Source: Patescibacteria group bacterium (lineage in GTDB: Bacteria; Patescibacteriota; Patescibacteriia; UBA2591; UBA4787). From it: a stretch of DNA of 64,000 nucleotides. The notes beneath the pieces are model-generated. The model saw only the letters and a program-made list of their open reading frames with translations, did no database searches and was not told the DNA's origin. This document shows, piece after piece, positions 46,801 to 53,499 of the stretch (its first letter is position 1; each line of letters starts with the position of its first letter). Both the position numbers and the translations under genes were made by a program. Location: the NCBI GenBank assembly GCA_028715115.1, contig JAQUSN010000001.1, forward strand, positions 191,067 to 255,066. Reading direction: 5' to 3'.

Positions 46801-47219
46801 ATTTAGATATTAGTTTTAAGGCTCAGGTAAATCGGGATTATCGTGGCGGTAATGATGTCCAGTTAATGCGTTGGCGCTGGATAGATAATAATTTTTTATT
46901 ACTGGATGCGCATTTTATTGATTTCAATCAGGCCGAGATAAGGCTTTTAAAGGTTGTCGACGGAGTAGCTACAGTATTATATACCTTTTCTGTTGATCCT
47001 CGCAACTGGTTGATTTATGAAATCAAATCGCGCGGTACCCTACACAATATTAAGATCGGCGATTTGGACGAAGTACAAATTAATGTGCCAGAATTAACTT
47101 CAGCTGGCAGGGTGGTTTACATGGCCCTATTGAACAACTATAGCACCATGGATCATTTTTGGACTGATTGGTTCTATGTCCGTCAGGCGGCGGATAACCC
47201 GCCGCAAGTCAGTTGGTAG
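43887..47219 (+). CDS. Very large secreted M23 (LytM-type) metallopeptidase with tandem Ig-like repeat domains
   Basis: Signal peptide, then an M23 core (HxxxD ... GNTGNVSG ... THLHFAVY) at nt about 44150-44390. This is followed by repeated about 85-aa modules (DSPADFFWRIDLTSP / SGPSDIYWTIDLTGP) and a C-terminal beta-rich region. The track start at 43863 is in-frame upstream; 43887 (MNVVSKYRL...) gives a better signal peptide. Terminator at 47242-47266. Confidence 0.75.
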   Translation: MNVVSKYRLIVIIFLIFPLFVCSKICLATSVNLKLPYADQEEFKITRGYNIATHKDYGSFANDSLALDFVLNGCESFNKSHLAISDGFIRYLKMSNIGYGNTVLVQYDNGLISRYAHLDKILVSVGEKVKIGQIIGLEGNTGNVSGDSCLDHPGTHLHFAVYNSDGSAYRPEPMSGYINFLAGNWYISDNKIYNPNHIYAEAPDDSPHIFWWKRVLAAIGNALNIAGDNIRQFFIASPSNSLSGEDQNQIENWSAQIVSNNTTISGQLDQEITLIATVKNTTNQTWKPINQVSINIFNQTSKNLYSSSWATRLRPVILKNNLEVGQSTDLSFKIKIPSELGDYSARFQLVYTADGITFQNLGNNFIDWSIKAEKFAINQESSAEDPGQNILLPQEDQLPDILKESEESQPKPQELVGGGSSADGAGGLDVNPPETTLNNFDQLPLVTNQQNIIFQFTSDEDSSRFDCKLDNSLWQRCSSPKEYYNLIEGDHIFRVRAIDASSNIDDSPADFFWRIDLTSPEISFLARPPSLTNQTEVNFNFIADDEFAIFECSLDDAFWESCFAPKSYNILEAGVHLFSVRARDAAGNFSGPSDIYWTIDLTGPISNINSSFNQTYFNLISWPDKIFGSTTSTISDILRVDIQVERESSYLYLDYTSSTPIWIDGLNWIEVDLDNDTWKINLDHEFLLDDKYLVSSLAKDRAGNTQSTSSTVEFIFDQTPPSAPTDIDFNFNQDRRELLINWAARDNLSGVDYYNIFWQVDGMDNTTSTPDNLINLIVEPGYNYLFKIQAVDRAGNQGIWSEVSYVPKLSLDGWTRKRVLVIDNSIGDKILINFPINIVIDYQSEMNQDFSDVRFTDSDGETLLDFGWDVDHEGLEQEQDGILALAVVKIPQLLANEQKIIYMYYGNKYAESVANLENALDWYDHFKIIRENYDYQWVTWDNVDSGILKTNLPSFIGFDAWISLKAPLELADLDISFKAQVNRDYRGGNDVQLMRWRWIDNNFLLLDAHFIDFNQAEIRLLKVVDGVATVLYTFSVDPRNWLIYEIKSRGTLHNIKIGDLDEVQINVPELTSAGRVVYMALLNNYSTMDHFWTDWFYVRQAADNPPQVSW

Positions 47220-47269
47220 GAGTAAATTACCTTTAAATAAAAAACGAGAGCAATCTCGTTTTTTGTATC

Positions 47270-47297
47270 TTGACAAAAGCTAAAAATATGCTAAATT
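47270..47297 (+). promoter_or_regulatory. Promoter of islet gene J1 (TTGACA-16-TAAATT with TGn extension)
   Basis: ttgacaaaagctaaaaatatgcTAAATT. Confidence 0.55.
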
Positions 47298-47343
47298 ATA
47301 GAATAATCCCAATTTCGTCACTTTGAAAGGAGGTGATATTTCA

Positions 47344-47694
47344 ATGAATGACAGAGTAAATCCGAAGATTAAGCAGTTCCTTCAGAGGTACTTCGGTGGG
47401 ACCGACCTGGCCTCGATCATGACATTCCTGGATAAGGGCTTCAGTCTCAACGGCCAGGTAGTCGTTTCCACCATCTTCGTCTCTGCCCAAGAGTGCAGAG
47501 TCCCCGTGACTCGTGTTTTGGCAGAATGCGAGAAAGAGTGGGACAGGAACTGGAACTTCCAACACCCAGAACTCAGAGGAAACCCCGATGCTCCCGGTGG
47601 CGCTGGTATGCAGAACAGGGCTTCCCTCGAAAAGATCTATACCGCTCTCGGTATACCAAGTCCGAGAGAAGGGCGGGCCAGGAAAAGGGTCTGA
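47344..47694 (+). CDS. GC-rich islet J1: 116-aa soluble protein of unknown function
   Basis: AAAGGAGGTGA SD 7 nt before the ATG at 47344; the track start at 47323 is a TTG inside the SD region. About 53% GC. A terminator (tcggggctgcc-gtag-gcagccccga plus U-run) follows at 47722-47755. Confidence 0.55.
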   Translation: MNDRVNPKIKQFLQRYFGGTDLASIMTFLDKGFSLNGQVVVSTIFVSAQECRVPVTRVLAECEKEWDRNWNFQHPELRGNPDAPGGAGMQNRASLEKIYTALGIPSPREGRARKRV

Positions 47695-47848
47695 GCCCGA
47701 GACTCGCTGTTTCGCAAATCGTCGGGGCTGCCGTAGGCAGCCCCGACTTCTTTATTTAATGAAAGGGCCCAGCTTATTCAGCTAGGGCCCTTCTCTTATA
47801 TGCACGATGTGCATGATACCTCCCCTTGATTGTTAGTGGAGCGCGTTG

Positions 47849-48484
47849 TTATCGAAGCTCCACGGAAGCCACTCTGACTGCGGCGATGAGCAGCCACAGC
47901 ATGAACCACCCTATCTCTTTAAGCAGTCGTTGATTCATCCGAAGATAGAGCGTTCTTAACCACTGCTTGTGCTCCATGCCAACAAACCCAACCGGTTTGG
48001 TGACCAAGAAGCGTTTTTCTTTGCCCATCATTCCAAACAGCACGAACGTCTCGCGACGGAAGGGGCTGAGCCACGAGATTCCGATGTTGAACTCTTTGCC
48101 CTGCTGATCGTACTCACCAAGGCTGTCTTTTCCGAAGTGGAGTAGAGACCCCGCTGCGAACGTTAATGGCCAAATCAATGGCCAGCGCAACAGCAAGGCC
48201 AGTGCAAACCAGACGGTGAGGGCAATGCCGAAATAGAAGGGTTGGTGCAGTATGGTCCGATGATGACCGCGTGAATTGCCCCTTATTTTGGCATCGACGA
48301 CCTTCAGTACGATGTCGAGATCCGGCAGCAACGCAAAGAGAATCGCTGCCGAATAGATCCATGGCCAGTGCTGTCGGAAATAGTGGTCATCGATTGTACC
48401 AAGAGCAGTGCCAATCATCAGACCGCTGCCGATGTCGGCAGTAGCAGCCAGAACGTCACCGAATAAGAGTTTAATTCTGTCCAA
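47849..48484 (-). CDS. GC-rich islet J2: YdjM/DUF457-like membrane-bound metal-dependent hydrolase
   Basis: LLPDLDIVLK...RGHHRTILHQPF aligns with YdjM LLPDIDHPKS...HRGFTHSLL. Multiple TM segments; about 57% GC. Confidence 0.45.
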   Translation of the reverse strand: MDRIKLLFGDVLAATADIGSGLMIGTALGTIDDHYFRQHWPWIYSAAILFALLPDLDIVLKVVDAKIRGNSRGHHRTILHQPFYFGIALTVWFALALLLRWPLIWPLTFAAGSLLHFGKDSLGEYDQQGKEFNIGISWLSPFRRETFVLFGMMGKEKRFLVTKPVGFVGMEHKQWLRTLYLRMNQRLLKEIGWFMLWLLIAAVRVASVELR

Positions 48485-48584
48485 TTTCTCCCGCCTTTCT
48501 GTTTACCATTCGGTCTTCAATCAGTGTTATATCATATAATTTCACATTTTTGCCTTTTTGTCAAGATTATATAATTTTTTGTAA

Positions 48585-48617
48585 AAAGAATAGCGGGTGA
48601 GTATAGGAGCTCACCCG
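48585..48617 (-). terminator. Terminator of islet gene J3
   Basis: agcgggtgag-tataggag-ctcacccgct plus a U-run on the minus strand. Confidence 0.6.
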
Positions 48618-49003
48618 CTCAGAGACAAACTTCGATTGGATTGGACCTTCTCTTGCCAGTATCCCATCAACGAGAGAGCGTAGCCGAAGGCTACATAGCC
48701 AGCGACCAGCACGACGAGCATCACTGGCGAGAAAATGAGTTTCGGCCAGAGATATAGCGCGGCAAATCCGCTCAGAAGTATTCCTGACAGTATGACACCC
48801 GCGGCGAAAGAACCCTTACCCCTTCTCACCGACCCTAGCATAAGGCCGGTGACCATAATGAAGTGTGGAAGGAAACGGGCTATCATCTCTGCGTTGAAAT
48901 TGTGCCGAAGCGTGCCGCTGTTTATCACGGCATAGCCTCCCAGCAACCATGCCGCAACATAAGCAGCCATCAGGAAGGCACATCGGAGTACGTGTCGTAT
49001 CAT
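48611..49003 (-). CDS. GC-rich islet J3: 130-aa four-TM membrane protein
   Basis: About 58% GC. Promoter module cTTGACAaaaggtcaaaaatat at 49040-49075 on the minus strand. Confidence 0.5.
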   Translation of the reverse strand: MIRHVLRCAFLMAAYVAAWLLGGYAVINSGTLRHNFNAEMIARFLPHFIMVTGLMLGSVRRGKGSFAAGVILSGILLSGFAALYLWPKLIFSPVMLVVLVAGYVAFGYALSLMGYWQEKVQSNRSLSLSG

Positions 49004-49124
49004 GCAATCCTCCAGTTTTTAGATCTTAACCATTATTCTATATTTTTGACCTTTTGTCAAGATCATATTTTTAATTATTTTTCTTGCTATTAAAATTTTA
49101 ATATCGTTCTATATAGCCTAAGAT

Positions 49125-49163
49125 TAAAAACAAAGAGGACCTTGATCGAAGATCAAGGTCCGT
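49125..49163 (-). terminator. Terminator of islet gene J4
   Basis: Perfect ggaccttgatc-gaa-gatcaaggtcc hairpin plus a U-run on the minus strand. Confidence 0.65.
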
Positions 49164-49206
49164 CTCGCATGTTCACGTTGCCTCCTTTCTAGGCGTTTGC
49201 CTAGTC

Positions 49207-49407
49207 TTACGACTGCGCTGATTCCTTCTGTTTCTTTTCTTTGCCCGCTTCGACGGCATCCGATATGATCGCCACAATAGCGGAGCAGGAGAGGAGAACC
49301 ATCGTCATCACGAGCATTCGTTGAACGAATGTCGGGAAAGAGATGATCGTGATGATCGCCGCCCCGACAAACCACAGTCTGCCGAACAGATAGAGAGGGT
49401 TATGCAT
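49207..49407 (-). CDS. GC-rich islet J4: 66-aa two-TM membrane peptide
   Basis: GGAGatattATG. Promoter cTTGACAaaaaggcaaaaatatgcTAAGAT at about 49430-49465 on the minus strand. Confidence 0.5.
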   Translation of the reverse strand: MHNPLYLFGRLWFVGAAIITIISFPTFVQRMLVMTMVLLSCSAIVAIISDAVEAGKEKKQKESAQS

Positions 49408-49551
49408 AATATCTCCTTAGTTGTATTAATATCTTAGCATATTTTTGCCTTTTTGTCAATCCTTATTTTTTTAGAAAGTGAGGGGGGTTAAGATAAGATT
49501 TTTTGTAAATTTAATGGAGCGGACTTGCAGTCCGCTCCACTTGGTAGGCAG

Positions 49552-49746
49552 TCATTCCTCCTCGATCCAGACCTGGGTATCGGCCCTGGCGACGCCTATC
49601 GTGAGGTGTCCCAGATTGCCCTGCTCGTCAACTGATGTTGCTGATCCGGATTCCCCTTTCAGGAAGCGTACCTGCTTTCCTTCCCACTCCATCCAGAAGA
49701 ACCTTCCTGCTGGCACAGAGTCCCAATAAGTCTGTCGTTTATTCAT
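49552..49746 (-). CDS. GC-rich islet J5: 64-aa soluble protein
   Basis: aaaGGAGtgctcATG start at 49746 (the track start is a GTG at 49752). Terminator hairpin at 49513-49539. Promoter TTGACA-17-AATAAT at about 49765-49795 on the minus strand. Confidence 0.45.
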   Translation of the reverse strand: MNKRQTYWDSVPAGRFFWMEWEGKQVRFLKGESGSATSVDEQGNLGHLTIGVARADTQVWIEEE

Positions 49747-49835
49747 GAGCACTCCTTTGTCTTTATTATTTCATATTTTTTTGAATTTGTCAATGGTTAT
49801 AATTTTATAATTTATAAGCAAAAGCGGCATTTTTT

Positions 49836-50044
49836 GTAAATAAAGCGGGGGCGGAGAGCCCGCCCCCTTGGGTTCAAACGTGATCTTGGCCGGACGACTT
49901 CTTCTAGGCCGTATTCACGCTTGACGCCCTGAACCGATTTACCATGTATCCTCCATTGGCCTCGAAGAGGCCACTTTGGTACTGGATGGCCCTTGAGCCC
50001 GCAATTGGACAGATCGTCCTTAATTGAAGGGCTCATCAACCATC
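49836..50044 (-). ncRNA. Candidate GC-rich small RNA J6 (about 210 nt), possibly dual-function with a 13-codon ORF
   Basis: Promoter TTGACG-16-TATAAT on the minus strand at 50051-50078. Terminator gggggcgg-agagc-ccgccccc plus U-run at 49847-49867. Internal hairpin GGCCUC-UU-GAGGCC. It contains an SD-ATG (AUGGAGGauacAUG) opening MVNRFRASSVNTA-stop. The track ORF 49812..50039 overlaps the terminator and looks spurious. Confidence 0.35.
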
Positions 50045-50128
50045 AGCTTTATTATAATATCACATTCAGTTTCGTCAACATCTTAGCTTGCAATAAAGTA
50101 ATGTTTTGTTAAAATATAAATTAATTAT

Positions 50129-50674
50129 ATGTCTAAAAAAATTATTTTACTCGTTGCTTTAGAAGAAGAATTCCCCAAAAAATTAGTTCCTAAGGGAGTT
50201 AACGTTTATTATACTCATTGCGGCAAGGTTAATGTAGCCATTGCGGCAACAAGGGCATTAAGCAAGATAAAAAGCAAAAATGTTTTAGTCGTTAATTATG
50301 GCACGGCCGGCTCGGCCAAACATAAAATAGGCGCACTCTTAAAGGTGACGCAATTCAGACAGGCGGATATTGATGCCAGTGGCCTTGGTTTTCCTAAAGG
50401 AGTGACGCCGCTCGATAAAAAGTTTTTTAAATTTAATACGGAAAAAATTAATTTTGGTCCTGGCGAGACTTGTTATACGGCCGATAATTTGCAAAATTTT
50501 CCGTTAGAAGATATGGAGTCATACTCGATTGCCAAAGTTTGTAAAATCTACGGCTTGAAATTTGTCAGCTATAAATTTATTACTAATAATTTTAATAAAA
50601 ATGCGGCTGCTGATTGGAAAAATAACGTTAAGAAAGGAGCTAAAATATTTTTAGATAAACTTTTAAAGTTATAA
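50129..50674 (+). CDS. Purine nucleoside phosphorylase family protein (MTA/SAH nucleosidase-like)
   Basis: 181 aa, PNP_UDP_1-like pattern (VNYGTAGS... central Gly-rich loop, C-terminal ...YESYSIAKVC). Native AT-rich composition; terminator at 50699-50730. Confidence 0.5.
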   Translation: MSKKIILLVALEEEFPKKLVPKGVNVYYTHCGKVNVAIAATRALSKIKSKNVLVVNYGTAGSAKHKIGALLKVTQFRQADIDASGLGFPKGVTPLDKKFFKFNTEKINFGPGETCYTADNLQNFPLEDMESYSIAKVCKIYGLKFVSYKFITNNFNKNAAADWKNNVKKGAKIFLDKLLKL

Positions 50675-50777
50675 TTATAAAAATACGATATTTAAAATTG
50701 AAAAGACGAGTTTTAAGCCCGTCTTTTTGATTAAGAAAAACGCTGACCCGAGAGAGCCAGCGTCGAGGCTGAGTCCG

Positions 50778-50936
50778 CTATGATTGTGTCATTATCGGCT
50801 TGTAGGCGTCGTGGATTTTGGAGCACGCCCAGTCGGTGAGAGAACTTGGCGTATAGAATACTCCATTGTCCTGGACGACCCGAATCATTGGCTTTTCATA
50901 GGGCTTCCTCTTCCTGAGTGGCAATGTACGTGACAT
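50778..50936 (-). CDS. GC-rich islet I1: 52-aa small protein (below the ORF-track size cutoff)
   Basis: Strong SD gAAAGGAGGcggcaATG. The ORF reads MSRTLPLRKRKPYEKPMIRVVQDNGVFYTPSSLTDWACSKIHDAYKPIMTQS. Promoter TTGACA-16-TAAAAT (-35 at 50995-51000, minus strand). Confidence 0.45.
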   Translation of the reverse strand: MSRTLPLRKRKPYEKPMIRVVQDNGVFYTPSSLTDWACSKIHDAYKPIMTQS

Positions 50937-51075
50937 TGCCGCCTCCTTTCCGAGGGATTAAACCTCATTATTATTTTAAAATTAATTTTATTTTTGTCAA
51001 CTCCACAAAATTTTAAAAAGTAAAAGGCTGTTGTTGATATTATCTCCAACAGCCCGTAGCACGAGCAGCTCGTCA

Positions 51076-51345
51076 TTAGTCTATGCCCGCCTCAGGGCCT
51101 CGCCAGGCCTTAGATATCTTCCTTCGCCGAATCCGACTTCGATCTTTCTTTTGCCTTTGCTGATGGTCGTCACGAGCAGGCGGTGTCCTCGACACTTTGG
51201 GTTAGCCACGGCTCTCATCAGGTATGTGCCGGGAGCAAGCCGACGACTCTTCCCTCATGAAGATCTTCCGGCTGAAAAGTCGAGCACGTCCAGGCACTGG
51301 CTGATTGTTAAGACGAATCTGTCTGGCTTCATGAAGCCTCCTTAT
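51076..51345 (-). pseudogene. GC-rich islet I2: ORF interrupted by an in-frame TGA after codon 25 (possible pseudogene, readthrough or recoding)
   Basis: AAGGAGGcttcATG (51343-51345). MKPDRFVLTISQCLDVLDFSAGRSS-TGA-GKSRRLAPGTYLMRAVANPKCRGHRLLVTTISKGKRKIEVGFGEGRYLRPGEALRRA in one frame. Terminator hairpin ggctgttg...caacagcc at 51026-51054. Confidence 0.3.
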
Positions 51346-51445
51346 GTTTTATTTTATTCTTATTTCCAAAAATGAAAAGGGCCTCAAATAAAATTATATC
51401 GGGCGGGAGCTGTGTGCTCCCGCCCGAAAGTTGTAGACTAGCTCA

Positions 51446-51754
51446 TCAGTACCAGGTGGGCCCTGGACGGAAGGCGATCTGTTCTATCCGCTGCTGTCGT
51501 TTTATTCTTTCGACTTCAGCGGCAGCGGCTACTCGCCGATTGGCACGCCATCTCCTCTTCCTGGCGGTTCTCAGAGTGTTCAGGCCCTTGTCTGCGGCCT
51601 TGGACCTTGAGTGTCTTCCTCCGGCGGGCCGTAACATGGTCACGACCTTGTCTTCTCTCGCCCCACACGTCGAACATGCGTTCGGCAACGATCCTTTGCC
51701 TGAGAAGGTCTTGGTGGTGCCGCAGTTTGTGCAGCGCTGAGTGTATCTTGCCAT
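51446..51754 (-). CDS. GC-rich islet I3: 102-aa basic zinc-ribbon protein (CxxC...CxxC)
   Basis: MARYTQRCTNCGTTKTF...ACSTCGARE, then an Arg/Lys-rich tail. AGGAGtactgATG. Promoter TTGACA-17-GATAAT at 51819-51847 on the minus strand. Terminator cgggcgggagc-tgtgt-gctcccgcccg at 51400-51426. Confidence 0.55.
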   Translation of the reverse strand: MARYTQRCTNCGTTKTFSGKGSLPNACSTCGAREDKVVTMLRPAGGRHSRSKAADKGLNTLRTARKRRWRANRRVAAAAEVERIKRQQRIEQIAFRPGPTWY

Positions 51755-51892
51755 CAGTACTCCTGTTTAGGTAATAGAATTCGAGAAATACGACCAGCCC
51801 CTCCATACAGATATAGTTATTATCTCAAAATTTTATCATTTTGTCAAGGCGGTATTTTTGACTTTTTTTTCCACCGGATTAAAATAAAAAGC

Positions 51893-53017
51893 ATGAAAGC
51901 GTTTTTTAAAAGAATAACCAAAAGATATCATAGCCCTGATTATTTATTTATAATTTTATTGGGTTTGGTTTTGGTTTTGGGGTTAATATTTTTAACTTCG
52001 GCCAGCGGCGTGGTTGGTTTAAGGCGATTCGGTAGCACCATTTATTTTTTACAACACCAGATTTTAATGGGCCTTATTCCCGGCTTGATACTTCTGGTGA
52101 TTTTTTCTTTTGTTGATTATCGTTTTTGGCGTAAGTGGGCCACGGTAATTTTTATTTTGAGTTTGATTTTAATGGCCTTAACCTTTGTCTCCGGCGTGGG
52201 CTTGGCCCACGGCGAAGCGCGGCGCTGGATTTCTATTTTTGGTATCGGCTTCCAACCGGCGGAAATTTTGAAGCTATCTTTTATTATTTATTTAGCCGCC
52301 TTTTTCGACAGCCGCCAGAAAAAGATAAAAACCTGGACCGGATCTTTTTTACCGCTAGTTATCATTTTGGGAATTGCGTGCGCTTTAGTTATGGCGCAAA
52401 AAGACATGGGCACGATGATGGTGATTTTTATGATCGCCATTAGTATTTATTTTCTGGTTGGCGGCAATTTATTGCACATGCTGGTTTTATTTGGCGGCGC
52501 TGTTTCCATATTTTTCGTTTTAATTAAAGCTGCGCCTTATCGCATGGCGCGCTTTATTACTTTTCTTTACCCGCAAATGGATCCGCTTGGCGTGGGTTAT
52601 CATATTAATCAGGCGCTTATCGCTATCGGTTCGGGCGGAATTTTCGGTTTGGGCCTAGGTCATTCGCGCCAAAAATTTTTATACCTGCCGGAATCTTACG
52701 GCGATTCTATTTTTGCCGTCATTGGCGAGGAGCTGGGATTTTTAACGACGATTTTAGTACTTTGTCTTTTTGTTGCCGTGGCTTTGCGCGGGTTAAAAAT
52801 AGCCAAAGCCGCGCCGGATTTTTTTGGCCAGATTTTGGGCGGCGGAATTTTATGTTGGTTTATTTTTCAAGCCATGATCAATATAGGCGCCATGTTGCAT
52901 CTTTTTCCATTAACCGGTATACCTATGCCGCTGGTTAGTTATGGCGGCACGGCCATGATGGTGCTTTTGGCGGCCTTTGGAATTTTGATTAATATCTCGC
53001 GCCAAGCCAGGGAATAA
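51893..53017 (+). CDS. ftsW: SEDS-family peptidoglycan glycosyltransferase (FtsW/RodA)
   Basis: 374 aa, 10 TM. Conserved FtsW/RodA/SpoVE blocks (PAEILKLSFIIY..., MAQKDMGT, G.PLPL.SYGGT). Confidence 0.8.
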   Translation: MKAFFKRITKRYHSPDYLFIILLGLVLVLGLIFLTSASGVVGLRRFGSTIYFLQHQILMGLIPGLILLVIFSFVDYRFWRKWATVIFILSLILMALTFVSGVGLAHGEARRWISIFGIGFQPAEILKLSFIIYLAAFFDSRQKKIKTWTGSFLPLVIILGIACALVMAQKDMGTMMVIFMIAISIYFLVGGNLLHMLVLFGGAVSIFFVLIKAAPYRMARFITFLYPQMDPLGVGYHINQALIAIGSGGIFGLGLGHSRQKFLYLPESYGDSIFAVIGEELGFLTTILVLCLFVAVALRGLKIAKAAPDFFGQILGGGILCWFIFQAMINIGAMLHLFPLTGIPMPLVSYGGTAMMVLLAAFGILINISRQARE

Positions 53018-53069
53018 GGGGCTTGACATTTTTCAAAATAAAGTAATAATATATCTGATTGGAGGTAAT

Positions 53070-53423
53070 GTGAATACATCTCGATTCAGAAAGCTGTTGG
53101 TTGGGGTCTGCGATAAGCTCGACCTACTGCCTCACGAATATCCGGACGTTGACGTGAGTTGTTGCCGCGGTCAAATTTCGGTACAGCTTACGGTGACGGA
53201 GCCGGACGACCGTTATCCAGGAGATGAGTTGGTGGTGCTTGACCCTGCTCGGCGAGCCGACGCTCCTGCTTACAGATTCTTTCGCGGTCACGGCGGCGAG
53301 GTACTCGGCTCGTTTATAAGAGCGGTGAGAGCGGCAACTCCGGGTGGCGTTCGAGTCCAGATTAAGGCGCGCTATGCGCGGCTGGGGGTCAGCTTAACCC
53401 GAAGATGCGTCGTTCAGTCCTGA
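53070..53423 (+). CDS. GC-rich islet F: 117-aa protein of unknown function (GTG start)
   Basis: About 62% GC. Promoter TTGACA-17-AATAAT at 53024-53052. GGAGG-taat-GTG. Terminator gaggcgaac-aaccg-gttcgcct plus U-run at 53444-53475. Confidence 0.45.
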   Translation: MNTSRFRKLLVGVCDKLDLLPHEYPDVDVSCCRGQISVQLTVTEPDDRYPGDELVVLDPARRADAPAYRFFRGHGGEVLGSFIRAVRAATPGGVRVQIKARYARLGVSLTRRCVVQS

Positions 53424-53499
53424 TCCAACAGAAGATCGAACGAAGAGGCGAACAACCGGTTCGCCTTTTCTTTTTCTATAAAAATGCTAAAATAGACTC

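Noticed and set aside
48485-48600. LexA box upstream of the YdjM-like islet gene J2 (YdjM is SOS-regulated in E. coli)
   Set aside because: No CTGT-N8-ACAG or Gram-positive GAAC-N4-GTTC motif is present in the 120 nt upstream. Only the generic TTGACA promoter module is there.
48114-49375. Overlapping alternative-frame ORFs in the J islet (48114..48362, 48735..48935, 48816..49007, 49124..49375, 48863..49093)
   Set aside because: Each is out of frame with, or antisense to, an ORF that has an SD, a promoter and a sensible hydropathy profile. Some span terminator hairpins.
51031-51806. ORFs 51031..51375 (+), 51372..51740 (+) and 51516..51806 (-)
   Set aside because: Ser/Arg/Pro-rich junk translations antisense or out of frame to the I2/I3 genes. 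51516..51806 starts at the ATG inside an ATGGAGG SD-like sequence upstream of the real I3 start.
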